64,000 bases of DNA from Octopus sinensis (Eukaryota), in assembly GCF_006345805.1 (NCBI RefSeq), contig NC_042999.1, forward strand, positions 21,824,001-21,888,000. Reading direction: 5' to 3'. Shown here one piece after another: positions 63,692 through 64,000 of the stretch. The notes beneath the pieces were generated by a model, which saw only the letters and a list, made by a program, of their open reading frames with translations, had not been told where the DNA came from and searched no databases. The translations under genes and the position numbers were made by a program. How positions within the stretch are numbered: position 1 is the stretch's first letter; each line of letters opens with the position of its first letter.

Positions 63692-64000
63692 GGGGGCGCA
63701 ATGGCCCAGTGGTTAGGGCAGCGGACTCGCGGTCGGAGGATCGTGGTTTCGATGCCCAGACCGGGCGTTGTGTGTGTTTATTGAGCAAAAACACCTAAAG
63801 CTCCACGAGGCTCCGGCAGAGGGTGGTGGCGATCCCTGCTGTACTCTTTCACCCCAACTTTCTCTTAGTCTTTCTTCTGTTGGCCTGCTCGCTTAGCCAG
63901 CGCGGTAGCGTCATTTGAAGGCTAAAACAATGCGAAGCGCATTGTGACCAGCGATGTGTAGCAACATCTGATAGCCTGGTCGGTCACGTGATCACGTGAT
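63481..64000. mobile_element. Divergent SINE pair (S4 head on -, S3 on +) around a microsatellite
   Basis: S4 head 63481-63589 (-); S3 head from 63691 with a different tail ending TCACGTGATCACGTGAT. Confidence 0.88.

Overview
AT-rich, microsatellite-dense animal genomic DNA. The tRNA-SINE repertoire and (AT)n/(GATA)n density resemble an octopus/cephalopod genome (inferred, not database-checked). Two host genes can be supported. (1) An intronless-CDS Toll-like receptor at 40165-42255 (+). (2) A gene missed by the ORF track: two GT-AG exons on the minus strand (57143-57291, 52113-52257) splice in frame into the C-terminus of a zinc-peptidase-like protein with bacterial-type TYA..EYWA..FF and DPxL motifs; its 5' exons probably lie beyond the window. 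The rest is repeats: four modular tRNA-SINE groups, decayed LINEs (CR1, R4/Dong, RTE, probable Tx1), mariner relics, a non-autonomous Helitron, Mutator-like MITEs with telomeric repeats, a 5S rRNA pseudogene and minisatellites. The most striking signal is a set of Penelope-like (PLE) insertions in (AT)n tracts: a GIY-YIG ORF remnant, many inverted-repeat cassettes, and about a dozen minimal hammerhead-ribozyme motifs from several unrelated families, some with family-wide core variants. One family fuses a tRNA-like head to a hammerhead. A covarying multi-helix 3'-terminal structure (CTAGCA/TGCTAG helix, CCACT linker, GGT..ACC hairpin) is shared by 4-5 otherwise dissimilar families and matches no motif I can name. 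Nearly all other ORFs in the track are microsatellite or SINE artefacts.
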